Origin: Adineta vaga
Taxonomy: Eukaryota; Animalia; Rotifera
DNA: 64,000 nt
Reading direction: 5' to 3'
Assembly (NCBI GenBank): GCA_021613535.1
Contig: CP075497.1
Location: forward strand, 7,068,001 to 7,132,000
The first letter of the stretch is position 1; the number at the start of each line of letters is the position of its first letter. The translations under genes were made by a program, and so were the position numbers. Below are positions 1-13,500 of the stretch, piece after piece. The notes under the pieces were generated by a model, which made no database searches, had not been told where the DNA came from, and saw nothing but the letters and a program-made list of their open reading frames with translations.

Positions 1-3000
1 ACGCAATAAAAAAAACGTGCTAGCGTTCCTATCCAAGCGATCCTATTTTTCTTCTCGTTGGTTATGTTCGATCGTTCTTTTTTTTAGAAGCGTAGGCAAC
101 ATGGAAGCGGAACATCAGCACACACGGAAGAGGTCCTAGACATAACAATTATATCTCTCTGACAACGTAGGGAGTCCATCAAATGATAAGATGGCAGAAA
201 AGGAGAAAAAAAAGAGATTCAGAGAGAAGAAAAAGAGAAGAGACAGTAAAATACAATTATGCTTATTTGTCGCACTAAATTGATGATGATCGAGAAATTC
301 TTCTTCAACTATCGAATACAATCAGAAGAAGAAGAAGAAGAAAAACTCTCTCCGTTTTTTTTTTGTATTATTTTGTCAATTCTTTTTCAGTATTCTCAGT
401 AACAGATTTTTTAAACAAAGAAGAATCGATAATTTACATATTCACTTATTATTAATGTCAACTCTTCCGGACGAGTTACTAATTATATATTCTATACTTC
501 ATATTAAGCAAACTTTACTGCTACCAATCAAAACTATGTTCGAATATTTCACACGATATTCAACATATCTTAACAAGAGTTATTTCTCGACAGATATTAG
601 TTAAGAAAACAAGTTTCTATCGATTGCCGATCTAACTAATGACACATATTAGAAAGAAATGAAGATATTTCATATAATCATGATGCCGCAAGGCAAAAAA
701 ACACATTTCATTTGAAATTATTCGTCTCTAATTGAATATTTCATCGAGTTTTACAATTCAAACATATCATTTATAATAAATTCATTAGAAAAATTTAGAG
801 AAGGAAATGTTTATGAGAAACATAATATTGATTTTTTTCATAAACAAAAGGGTCAAATGATTCCATATGGATTACATATCAATAACGTAAATAAATCTCA
901 TCAGAAGAAAAAACTGTTCTGTTCTGTAATAAATTACTTCAGAAGCGTCGAATTCTTTTTTCAATTAATTTTCTGACACAATTCATCATCTATAATTCAA
1001 GAAAGAACAGCTCGGAATATTTCTATGCTCTTCTTACAATTATATCATATAGAATAGAAGATTGAAAGACATGTCGTGTTTAGTTGAAGAAGAAGAAGAA
1101 AGAGGAAATACTTATGAATTATTAGTTAAATAAATAAGAATAAGAAATACATTGGAAGTAATTCTATGTTCAAATAGCTTAAAAGAAAGAATAGTCCTTT
1201 TTCGTTGATATAAAAATAGATCTAATGGACTATAGACATGTAAGAATAGTTTCTTCCCTGGAACAGCTATCTGTATGTATGAAACACATGTTTTGAAAAC
1301 AAATTTCTAGATATATCGTCTTTCATTTGTTTTCTAAATTTGTAATATTTCTAATTAGATGATAAAGATATTTTTTCAAGTCTGAACTTATGCTTGATTC
1401 GATGTAAAGATCATTTTCAAGCAATGATGACCTAAACTATTAGTTATTTTTTGAAACGAGTCAGATCATTGAAAATATTGATACATACAATTATTTTACT
1501 TGAAAAATAATAGAAAAAGAAGTGATTTATATTCATTCATGCTCGTTAGTATTCTAGATGAGTAGACATTGATGAGATTTGAGGAATATGTTATTGTATT
1601 GTATACATAGACAAGTAATAGAAATATGTAATCGATGAGTTCATTTAAAAGTCAAAATATGCGAACAAAACTCGTTGCTACATCTAGAACAAATGATTCC
1701 GTCTTGATTTTTCATCAGCAGTCCAGTTAACGACATTATCTATCACAAGAGAAACGATTTTGGCGAAATTACTGTAATAAGTGATGTCCCTGAACACGAG
1801 TGAAAGACTCCCATTACATGATTTATATAAATTAATCATGATGAATTGAAATAGAAGGAAAAAAATCATTTATAGTACAACAATTCGTTTACTTTTCTCT
1901 ATTGTGATTATTTCCATTCATTGCATTTATGTTCATGGTGTTTTAATCACATCATTTAAGTAGCTTTCGGATTTAATTCAATGAACTGAACTAGTTCACC
2001 AATTATAATTGGAGAATACATCTTTCTGTTTGATTTCAAGTTTTCTTTTGTGATCAAACAGCGATGAACAGCGTTAACAAGCATTTTGGTATAGCCAGTA
2101 ATTGCATATCATTATCAATTCGTTGATAAATTTTTATTAGTTAATAGCTTTGTTGATGCTACTTATTCGATTATCACAAATGGCATACCATTTCATATCT
2201 GTATTTGAGATCAATGCATCGATACATTCGATTACACATCACTCATCACATTCCACATAGCTACATGCATGATCAATTCATTGCTTACCGTTTCACATGC
2301 TCTTTTCTTTTCCCTATATCATCGACGATATTTATCGGAATGAAATGAACAAAAACATTGCATTTATGTCAATTTGTGTATGACTAAATGAATGATCTAT
2401 TGATTAGAATTCGAACTTATTCACGTGAATACATATCACAAATTGAAAACTTTGCAATTTTCTTTTCTTTTTTTTCTTAGATCAAAGATATGATTAACAA
2501 GAAAAGACGACTGTAGTAGAAAATGACTTTTTTTTAAAGATACCGATCAAGGAGAATTTCCTCTAATTCTTTTCAATAGTTATCTTCGATCGGAAACAAA
2601 CTCTTGCTCTATGTTCATTTCCAATCGAGTGAACTGAACCTGATGACGGCGGGCATCCTTTCACTTAAAAGCGTTTCCTGTGCTTATCAAACAAGTGCAT
2701 ATACAAAATAATTGATTTCTCTATACTCTTGACCTCTACCGATCGTTCTTTTTTCTTTCTTTTGTCCCGATCATAATAGTAAATCTTTTTTTCCCATGTT
2801 CTACTAATCACACACATCTTTCTATCTTCTTGTCCTACTTCATAATTAGTTGAACAAATAAGATCAAAGAGATAATGAAAAATGAGTACATATCACACAG
2901 TGTTAAATTAAAAATTTGCTCCGCCTGATTCTCATTCGATTGAAGCAGATGGCGAAGAGGTAAAACTTATTCTTTCAATCATACCGACATGATATTTTTA

Positions 3001-3585
3001 CAACGTTAAGTTCATTTTACTGATATGATAATAAAACAAAAGCTCTTGGAAATTAATTCAAATGTAAAATCAAACTAAATTTCACCAATACACAACGAAT
3101 ATAAAAAAATGTTGAACTTCATTTTGGACATCGATGTTAATATCTATGTCTTTCTCTCTCTCTCTCTCCCAACTTGTTGGTTTTCATATAGGATAAGTAT
3201 GGTGGCCATCACGTGACGAAAAAGAATGTATTCATTTTTCAGAAAAATCTATTTAATGTTTATTTAATAACGTGTTATAAACGTGATGAAAACGATTATC
3301 GTAGTATATTTGCTATGTGTGTGTGTGTATGTCTATGTCACTGATCAGGTAGATGATGATGATGACAACTGTATGATATGTAAAGAAGAAGAAGAAGAAG
3401 AAAAAATTGAAGAGAAAAGAAAGTAGCCAATGACAATCAACCGAGCTTACTTTTTTTTCAATTTTTTCGTTCGTTCTTTCGCTCGTTCGCTCACCTCTAT
3501 TCAAACATATAAAACCGTCATCATCAACATTCATTATACACATTTTCTTCTCTCGATTTGTCTTCTTCAATATATCATCACATCA

Positions 3586-3864
3586 ATGAAACGAACTCCG
3601 TCAAATAAAGTAAATATGACCGAAATGGAATTTAGAAAATTAAAATCATTATTACCAACATTAAAACAAAAAGCATCATCATCACCCATGGAAATTGTTA
3701 TGGAAACAATTCGTTACATTCGACAATTAGAAGATCAATTAATCGATCGATTTCAATTAGATCTATCGACTTCACAATCATCATTGTCTGATACTTCAAT
3801 GAATTCATCGTTATCATCAGCATCATCATCAACTCCATTACAAGACATTGGAAATAGTAATTAA
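3586..3864 (+). CDS. Id/Extramacrochaetae-like HLH protein lacking a basic region (92 aa, intronless)
   Basis: MEFRKLKSLLPTLKQKASSSPMEIVMETIRYIRQLEDQL fits helix-loop-helix spacing with no preceding basic DNA-binding stretch; Ser-rich tail. ATG 3586 preferred over ORF-track start 3430, whose upstream part is UTR-like. Confidence 0.7.
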   Translation: MKRTPSNKVNMTEMEFRKLKSLLPTLKQKASSSPMEIVMETIRYIRQLEDQLIDRFQLDLSTSQSSLSDTSMNSSLSSASSSTPLQDIGNSN

Positions 3865-6119
3865 CAATTCTCCATGACAGTTTTATATTATTTGTAAATA
3901 CATGTTGTGTTTTTCATTGCTTCTTTTTCAAATACATTTCAATGCAAAAATAAGAATTCATTTGATTATAGTGGAAAGAATGTTACTTTGAAGAATCCGA
4001 CAATTACATAAAAATCGATATCTGATTGTTCGTATTGAGATGAAGGTGAGGATTGTCACCTTATGTGAATCATATCTTATTTGCAATTTCTTTTCACATG
4101 GTAATAAATGAAACAATCTGTTGATCTATGTAATCATCAAACGAGAAAGTAAAGGAAATGATTACCGAATGAAACTAATAAAAACGAATTTCTATGGGAG
4201 CGAGAGAGAAAAGAGCGGAACAAATATTCTTTTCAATCAATGCATTGTGATAATGTTTATGACACTTTACTACAAAGAAAGAATAATAACCATTTCGCTT
4301 GATTTATACAATAGATCGCTATTTTCCCACCGATTCGCTCTACTTGATATCGATTTGAACAGCATGAAACTTGTATACATTCAGGTGCTAATCATCATTA
4401 TAATAATATGTATGTACTTTATACCAGTACATATTTCTCTATTCATTTCGTCTTAAGATTGGATATTGTCATGTGCTTTTCTATTCACAAAAGAGAGAAG
4501 AGAAGGAAAGAGATTGATCAATCTCCCATTCTCAACCTATTTGAATAAGGTAATGAATACTTGACGATAAAGAAAATGAGTAATTTAGAATCGATATACA
4601 AGAGTTGAAGTAACCAGTTATTGTTTGTTGATGGTAATGATATTCGGAAAGGGAAGTGGATGAAGACAAAATTCCAATAAAGTTCATTCTCAATGGTATG
4701 CGGAGTAAACGAAAATAATAAAAGCGGATGTACTTAAACAAAATGACAATCAACTTGAATATGTTAATCGATGAAAATGTCATCGTTTAATTACTTTTTT
4801 TTGTATGAAAATCAATATTTGTATCATTCTACTTTGTTATAACTAATTATTGTCAACGTATGTCATCAATCTTTTTCGCTTTAATTTTCGATTGAGAAAT
4901 GTCACCACCAATATACAGCATCTGTTATGAACTGTTTCAAAGATCTTGGTTGTGGGTGTGGCAGGGGATATCTTTTCTTTAGTGACACCTCTATTGGTAG
5001 AGAAATCATTCACATTTACTCTAACTTATTATATCGGCATTGAAAGTGCGTCGCATTTTGATTGCAATAGAACTCATGAGAATCAACTAGTACATCTCTA
5101 GCGTTGGAATTAAATATGGATCAAGGTTGATAATGTTTTAATAAGATCTACAGAAAAATTAGGAGTCAAAACAACTTTTCAATCTCTCATTGGTTACATC
5201 TTCATTTATTGCTCAAGTATTACTTTGTTTGACACGTGATATATTCGATAATCATTTCTATGGAATTGATTTATGAAAAAACGATACATATTGTTCATTA
5301 ATTAAATATAAATTACTTTTCTTTCGTCATTTTTTGAATGATATTTTGAGTGATTTTAACAAAAACATATTGATTGACTTGATAATGACTAAAAATAACC
5401 GTGTGAAAATTCAACAAATCAAATCTCTAAGCTGTTAAATGAACATTTGCAAGAATTACATTACATATGATTAGCATAGACATGTTTAGTGATCAATGTC
5501 TTCTCCTCAATTAGTTAGTTTCAACTGTCTTAAAAATGCAACATAAATAGTGGTAGAGAATATTTAGTTTATATGAGTATAAACACCATGTGATTTAATC
5601 ATCTATTCGAATATTTTATAGACGCACCGAAAAATACTTACGGAGAAACTTAAGGTCATGTTTTGTCTCTTTTAACTACGCAAGTTTCTCCACAGTTATC
5701 CCTATACAAATAAAATCGATTATGTGCTATTATATTTTGATAATGTATAAGTATTCAATCATATACATAAAAGATTTCTCAATAGCATAGATCGTTTCGT
5801 TTCGCTTTAGAGGGTGCAACCAAGTACGCCACTCTATTATATTTATTGTCCATCCAAAACGTATTATTAACAAAAAAATAATAGAGGGACTACCTGAATA
5901 CGTGTGCTTTCAAGAATAAATAAATGCTGTTAAATAAAGAAAAGCACCTCTCATGTTGTGTTTTTTTTACAAAATATTATCAGCTGCCAAGCAATCATAT
6001 AAAAAACTGTACGGGGAGTTTTTAATGTCATTATTTTGCTCACGAAAGCTTTACCATATAAATAATTACTTCTTGACAGGCAGTTTTTCAGAGAATACCT
6101 CTTGTATCGATAGCAAAAT

Positions 6120-8650
6120 ATGTTCGTATATTTTGTTTGGTTCTTATTCGTAATTCAACGCAGTAATGGAGTTACAAGTCCTATTTCAACGTTCACTAGT
6201 TATCAGCATACCGTTGAACTCCGACATGGGATAGCGGATCTTTGGTGGTCAGTAAATTCCGTTAATCAAACGATTGTTTTTGAGTTACATATGAACACAA
6301 CAGGATGGATCGCATTAGGCATTAGCCCTGGTAAGCAATTTTGAGTAGGAATCAATTATGAATAATGTTTTTTAATTCAGCTGGAGGAATGACTGGTGCT
6401 GATATTGGTGTTGGATGGGTTGAACAGAATGGTACAGTTCGTTTTCAAGTATAAACCTCATCCTTTAATCAATTTAATTGAAATACTTTAACGAAATTTT
6501 TTAGGATCAATATGCGTCAAAACAAGGTACACCTTCAATTGATAATAGTACTGATTGGTTTGCATTGCAAGGACGTGAACAAAACGGTTGGACTGCTATT
6601 CAATTCAAACGTTACCTTGATACATGCGATTCCATGGATGTGGCAATTAAAGTAAAATAATAATAGAAACCTATTTTTGACGGTCAAGAAAAGAAACTTC
6701 GTTGTTTTGAGAACAAAAGTTTATGATTTTCAGTAGAACTATCATCAATACTTTATTTCTGTATAGTCCGGCACCAATCATCTTATCTTTGCATATGGCC
6801 TTGTTGATCCATCGTGGAATCCTTCGATTAATGGTATAACATATCATCAAGATCGTAAAGGTGCATATTCATTATCTCTTCGATCATACAGTGATCCACC
6901 ATTGGAAAGTAAATTCGCATCAATGAATTATTTCGATTTTCGATTAAATAATGTATGTATATATTTTCTTACTATCTATGTATCTTGTACGTTCAATTCA
7001 CTGTAGTACACTATTCCCACTACAGATACAACATATCATTGTCGAGTTTATAAAGCACCAACTACTTATACTACAAAACAACATGTTATAGCTGTATGTA
7101 TTTTTGTCTCGAACACTGTATTTGTATTAAAATTAATTTCTATAGCATAGAATTTTGCTGGATTCAACTGATACAACACAGGTTCATCATTTGTTGATGT
7201 ACGAATGTGATGCTTCAGCTAGCTTCAATGATTCAAATTTACCGAGTGATATATGTGAAAATATTCATCATAATATATCGGCTTGTATGACAAACATTGC
7301 TACTGGTTGGGCAGTCGGTGGAGATTTGGTAAGAATTCAAACGTTAAATTGAATTGCTCGTTGAAATTGATCTTGAAATAGATGTCTGAATTTCCCTCCG
7401 AAGCTGGTTACCCAGTTGGTAATAATTTTTCCGTTAAATATTATGTCATTCAAATGCATTATACTAATACACAATTATGCACCAGTAAGTATCATTCTTA
7501 CAACAAAAATACGATGGTAATCGATATTTCTTATTAGATTGTACGGATAGTTCAGGCATTCGATTTTATGTCACAAATCAACTGCGACAATATGATATCG
7601 GTTACTTAACATTTGGAACGAACACAGATTCGCTTGGTTTATCAATTCCACCTCGTGTTGAAAGTTTTGTCGTCGATACTTATTGTCCAGCCAGTGTAAC
7701 TTCAGTATGTTCGAAAAAATAACCGTTCATATTTAACTAATTGATATTTCTTGAAGACTTTTCCAGCAAGTGGAATTACTGTATTGAATGCATTTCCACA
7801 TACGCATTTGCAAGGTAGATTTCTGATTTACGTTTAAAGTTGACATTTTAATAGGAAAAAAATAGGAAAAACTGTATGGACCAAAATTATTCGAAATAAA
7901 ACAGCGGTTGGATATTTATTCAATGCTGAAACATATGACTTTAATTATCAATTTGACAATCGTCTTCCTCAACGAATTCAACTTTATCCAGTAAAAATGA
8001 TTTGTTTTATGGTTAGATCGAAGTAAAAATTCATCATTTTTTAGGGTGATGAATTCAGCACACGTTGTATCTATAATACAATGAATAAGAATACAACAAC
8101 ATTGGTGAGAAACATTTCTTTGATTGTTTTAGATAAATATATTTTCTTCTAGGGTGGCGAAAGAACCAAAGATGAAATGTGTCTACATATGTTTACATAT
8201 TTTCCTCGTATGGACAATATTTCCATCTGTATATCAATAATTCATCCACTTGCTTGGATAAATTTCTTAAAATTAAATGTGTAAGATAATATTGTCTGCT
8301 CAAAATTCGTAATATAAATAGTTTTTAGCACAAGGATAGTTGAAGTTGAACCTGCTTTGGAAAAAAAGGTTCAAAATATTACCTGGACACCAGAATTGGC
8401 TACACAATGGCAAAAGTTTTATAATACTGCTGCACGCTGGACTATCTATAATCGTAGAGGAACTGAGACATACGTATCTTTAGCAAACATATCAGACTAT
8501 ATTGATTTAAAGCAAGATGTCTGTATTCCACAAGACATCCTTAGCTCTTATTCTACCGGCCTTTCTACATTCCTGTCTACACCTTCAATAGAATGGACAA
8601 AAACGACCTGTGCAGTAGTACTACTGTTGATTCATCTGGTACTAAACTGA
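6120..8650 (+). CDS. MOXD1: DOMON + copper type II monooxygenase (DBH/MOXD1-like), about 13 exons
   Basis: Signal peptide; DOMON (TTGWIALGISPAGGMTGADIGVGWV, FKRYLDTCD); Cu ligands VHHLLMYEC, IQMHY, FPHTHLQG, TKDEMC; hydrophobic C-terminus; GT-AG introns keep the frame throughout. Confidence 0.88.
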
Positions 8651-9179
8651 TTGGCCAGCTTAGTATACGGCATAAAACTATCATGTGTATTGTATTTCTT
8701 TTATTTTTAACAAAGAATATCAATTAATATATAACAATATACAAGACGAAGCGAATGATGCAAAATGTATCTCCTTTTTAAAAACATTTTTATTATATAT
8801 TCTTTTATCGTTATATAGAGAATGAGAATGGCATCTTGATAAAGTCACAATACATGTTTTAATTTGATGAATACAATATTGACGTGCTATACGTCATAGA
8901 AAACAACACAATTTTCAACGAATATGAGCCTTTCTGATGATGAATTCTGTAGTAGTCTCAAAATAAAAATATCTATCTCTTCATTCAATATCTGCAAAAT
9001 TGTAAAAATGTGTACTAACATCGACGAAGGAACCATCAATGATTGATGCTTAACTAGTGTACTTCGAGTTCTATGATACACTTAAAAAAATCAGTTTACT
9101 ATTGTTTTATCTCGTAAAAATTATCTTTTTTTTTGATTTTATCATGAATATAAACAAGACAAAAGCTTTTCATTATATT

Positions 9180-10208
9180 TTATGATGCATTCGACGTATC
9201 ATCTGGATTCGTGTTCAATGGTGTTTCTATCTCTTTCTTATTTTTCTTTGATTTTTGTTGTTGAATATTTGCTCCACCACATTTTAAACAATCCGTCATT
9301 AATTTTAAATGACCTGTGATTGGATCTAATTGGTCATTTGTACCAAAAAGACCAAGACATGTAATAGATCCACTGGCAATTTCAGTTCGACCAGCATCAC
9401 GAATAATCGATGTAACAACATTTTTGTGGACTGATACACGCTGTTGTATATCAAGTAATTCTTCCACAGAATTTCCGCGAACAACAATTTTCTTTTGACC
9501 AGAAACATTCCAAAAATTTAAACCCATCAAACGTCGATTAAGAATTTGTTGATATAAATCAATTGCTGAATGAGCAACTTGTGCTGCAAGTTTTCCTGAA
9601 CTCATCGGAAGAGAACCATTAACAACGAATAACATTTTATAAGTGAACATATTTGCATCAGTTGTCTCCGTATCGGTTGGAATTACATTCTGAATAAAAA
9701 GTAAATTATATCTACAAGCAATTAAAATTAGTAGTAAATGTTAATTAAAGCAAAGTATAGACGAAGATATTCAAATGATTCATAAATTTCATCTCTCATT
9801 CTTTAATTCAACATGGCAGTGAATTCTGACGACTCCATCGTATCTTATCATTGTTCAAAGCAAAAATACTATTGCATTAATTGTATTCGACCTACCGATT
9901 CATAAAATGTTTCAGCGACCTGTGCTATACTAGCTCCATTAACTGACGTTGATGACTCTCCTGAAAACATGGATGTTTCACCAAAAACAACAGCCAATGC
10001 ATCTTCTAAACTTCGATTATTAACAGCTCTCAACGCCTGAAACAGAAATTATTCTTATTGAACAAAATTTGAAATTTGGAACCAATAAACGAAAAACCTG
10101 TCTAGCATCATCTCGATGAATCCCCATTTCCATTAAAGTCGCAAGCAATCTTTCATCGACATCATTGCCTAAATATGAAGACGCTGCTGATGGACCTCCT
10201 TCTGCCAT
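9180..10208 (-). CDS. Peptidyl-tRNA hydrolase 2 with N-terminal UBA-like domain (3 exons)
   Basis: PTH2 motifs KMLFVVN..LPMSSGKLAAQVAHSA, GQKKIVV, IRDAGRTEIASGSITCLGLFG, ITGHLKL; spliced N-terminus LLATLMEMGIHRDDARQALRAVNNRSLEDALAVVF is a UBA pattern. Confidence 0.88.
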
Positions 10209-10589
10209 AACAATATCTATTGAATCTAAAAGAATGATGTCACATTTTTCTCATTAATTTATCGCAAAGAAATAATTCTTGCATAAGGATGATGAAATCA
10301 CTGTTTTCCCATGACATCATTATTCTTTCATAGACAAAATCGAAATAGTTTATCAAGTTATTATTAAAATTAGAGAACTTATAAATAGACAAACACGCAT
10401 ACTAAGTCAGCTTAGTGATTAACACAAACAAGAATAGCAACCCACGAAGTTCGGACTGTAAATATGTGCACGATAAAATATGGAATGATGATGAATCAAG
10501 AAGCCAAAAAGAGAAAAAAGAAAATGGAAAAAGCAATCACATGTTCTGTATAAATTCAGATCTTTCAGAATAAAAAAAAAAGAAACCAT

Positions 10590-13500
10590 TCATTTGGGCG
10601 GAGCTGCCGTAGATCGATACCGGGCCGATTTAGGTTTGTCAACATTTAGGGATGGACGTGGAATTTTCGATTGGAATGCTGTTGTGTTGGCTGTAGTTGA
10701 TGAAGGTGTTGTTCCAGTTGTATTCAGAGCTGGTGGTGGTGATGGAGCAACAACGACAGACGGTGAAATACCGCGTCTTATTGTACCTGTACGATTTCCG
10801 TTGGTCGACTTTGGAGCCGAAACGATGACTGGTTTATTTGTAGTTGCTGCCGCTGATGCATTAGCAAAGACATTCGATAAACGCGGCCGACGTGCTGCTG
10901 CTGGTGATGCTACTCGCTCTGTCTGCGGTCTCGACGTCGGTAATTTTGCAGTAACTGCGGAAGAAGTTTTTCGTTGTTGCGGTGTTGGCGGTGGATTAGT
11001 TTTTGTAAATAAATAATTAAATTTGCGTGTTAAAGTCGAACGTAATGTACCATTTGCTTGAGTATTTGCCTCAATGTTTGTTGTTGTTGGTTGAGCAATT
11101 GGTTGTGTGAGAGTTTTCGATGCACGTCTTGATATTGTCATAACCCAATCGCGAGCGCTATTTTTTGATGCACTCATGCTGATCGTAGATGCAGTCAATT
11201 GTTCATTGAATTCAGCTGGAATAGGGTCTGGTTTATAAACTAAACGAAATGCAAGTGGAGAAAGTTTTTCTAATTGAACCATAATACGATCAAACAAATT
11301 AAATGTTGGTGCAGTCACAACGAGAATTAGAGCATCAGGAGATTGATAATAATTTTGAAGAATATCTTTTTGTTTCATAAAGTGATATAACCAATTAATA
11401 AGTTCATTTTTACTAGAAAACAGAATATTCTCCATTGAGTTATCAATAGAAATAGAAGGAAATCGATTTACTTTAATAATGTGTAGACAAATGCTTGAAA
11501 TTTATATAACCAATAGGGTGAAGCATTTTGAGCAATATTTCTTACATCCTGGAATACTTGCAGAGAAGGTCCTATAAAGAGAAGACAAGAATATTTGTAA
11601 ATATGCATGAATTTCGTAATTCCTATTAACCTTGATCAATGATTGTTTCAGTTATTTTCCATAATGTAATTTGTTTAGATGGTGGAAGATCTTTTTGTGA
11701 TGGTTTAAGACCATGTTCAAGAATATTTTGAAGAAGTGTACATAAATCATTTTTTAATAACGTATCTAATTGATGATTATGTTCATTCGCAAGAAAAAAT
11801 GACTATGAAAAAAATCAGTTGTTTACTTAATTATTTTGAAGATGTATCTTTCTTACTTTTCCAGATAGTTTTATTTCGAATATACGTTTGACAATAATAA
11901 CAGTTCTTTCTAATAAACCTAGAAAAATATTTCCATTAAAGACATTATGTTAATTTCACTTCGTTATTAACATACCATTCAGAATCGGATTATTTGTTGG
12001 TACTAATGTTACTGTTGATGCATTCATTATCATTGATTGTTCAGGAGTTTTATTTTCTTTATCATTTGATGCAGTCATTTTTTCACTAATTTGCTTAGAA
12101 CCATCAGAAGTAGTACTAGCAGATGTTTCTGATATCGTTTCATCAGAACTAGGTATAATATTTACATGAGTTCTTTCCATAATCGTTCGATCATCTTCAT
12201 CCTCTGGATCAGGTGCAAGACTATCAGTTTCTTGAAAACAAAATTCATTTGGAGGACTTTCAGTAAACGAATGTAAATGATGAATACGATCAACGACAAT
12301 AATATCAGCTGAAAAACATTACAAATACAATATAGATCAATTTCAATTACTATTTTCTTTCGAAAAACAAAGAACTTACTTTGACATCGTCGCATTTCAC
12401 CATAACGTGCTGTTGGTTTTCTTGGCGAAATTTCTTTATCTCCATGTAATGCTATAGCTAATTCCTCATTGGTAGTGATATCAGTATCATCGATGAATAT
12501 TTCTGGTGCAGGATCGAATTGAATTGCAGGATTACATGGAGATATCAAATGTTTAGCGATATTTTCCGAAAAACTAACACTTTTCTTCGTCTGATTTTGT
12601 TGTAATAACATTAAATCATAATCCGAACGACGTCCATGAGAATATTCTGGTAAAACATAATGATTTAAATCATTTGATGAACCGGTAGTATGCATGTCTG
12701 ATGGACATATATTGTTCGGATGATTCGATAGCATGTCAGCTTCGGAAGAACGACGTTTTGTTGACGGAGATGAATCCTTCAAGAGAGATATGCGTAGAAA
12801 AATGAATGAAAAAACTGAGCCTCTTCTTACTTGATTACTCATTGGTTCTGGTATATTCAGTGTTGGTGCTGGTGATTTTCTGTCTTGTAACATAGCTAGA
12901 ATGTCACATGAAGTTGCTCTTGATCCATATTTAAGACAAGATTTTAAAGTTGCTGTTTGTTGCTGCTGCTGCTGCTGCTGTTGTTGTTGTTGTTTGATGG
13001 GATAGGATGAAGGTGGTGGTAGTTTCATTTTAATCACTGTTGAGGATTCATTCGATCCATTGATAACTGCTGAAGCTGGTACAGCAGCAAATGTTTTTCG
13101 TAATTGAGGACTATAAAAAACGCCTAATGGTTCTGTTGAATGTTTGCTGCTTTTATATCGTTTTATTGCTTTAAGTGTACGAGGTCGTTCAGGTTCCAAT
13201 TGATTATTTGCTGAAGATGATGTTACATGAGTTGAATTGCTCGTTGAAGATGATGCGGGCAGATTTGAAATTAATGGCGATGGGGATGTCGTACGTGAAC
13301 GAGGTATTTCTTTTGAATATTGAGAAATAAAGGCAAGATCAGGAAGAGATTTATGAATAGTCGACGATGAATTTGGTAATGGCGACGGTCGTGAAGGAAC
13401 ATTCAGATGATTAGAAGAATGTGAATCAGTATTTGTTGACAAATAATCATAGGATTCAGATTTAGGAGCTAGAAACGAAAAAGAAACAACTAGAATTGAT

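Noticed and set aside
2640-2690. CTGATGAC followed by a GC-rich stretch, possible hammerhead ribozyme or C/D snoRNA
   Set aside because: No properly placed GAAA core, closing stems or D box.
4951-4962. TGTGGGTGTGGC resembling a TGTGGG telomeric repeat
   Set aside because: Fewer than two full units; chance.
5651-5663. TAAGGTCATGTTT shared with the rhamnosidase promoter (34486)
   Set aside because: A 13-mer match somewhere in 64 kb of AT-rich DNA is expected by chance.
136-5950. Several short hydrophobic ORFs (136, 1684, 3313, 4121, 4532)
   Set aside because: Low-complexity AT-rich translations with no motifs or splice support.
10594-11016. 140-aa plus-strand ORF
   Set aside because: Antisense shadow of the GC-richer last exon of the RUN gene; starts at TTG; no motifs.
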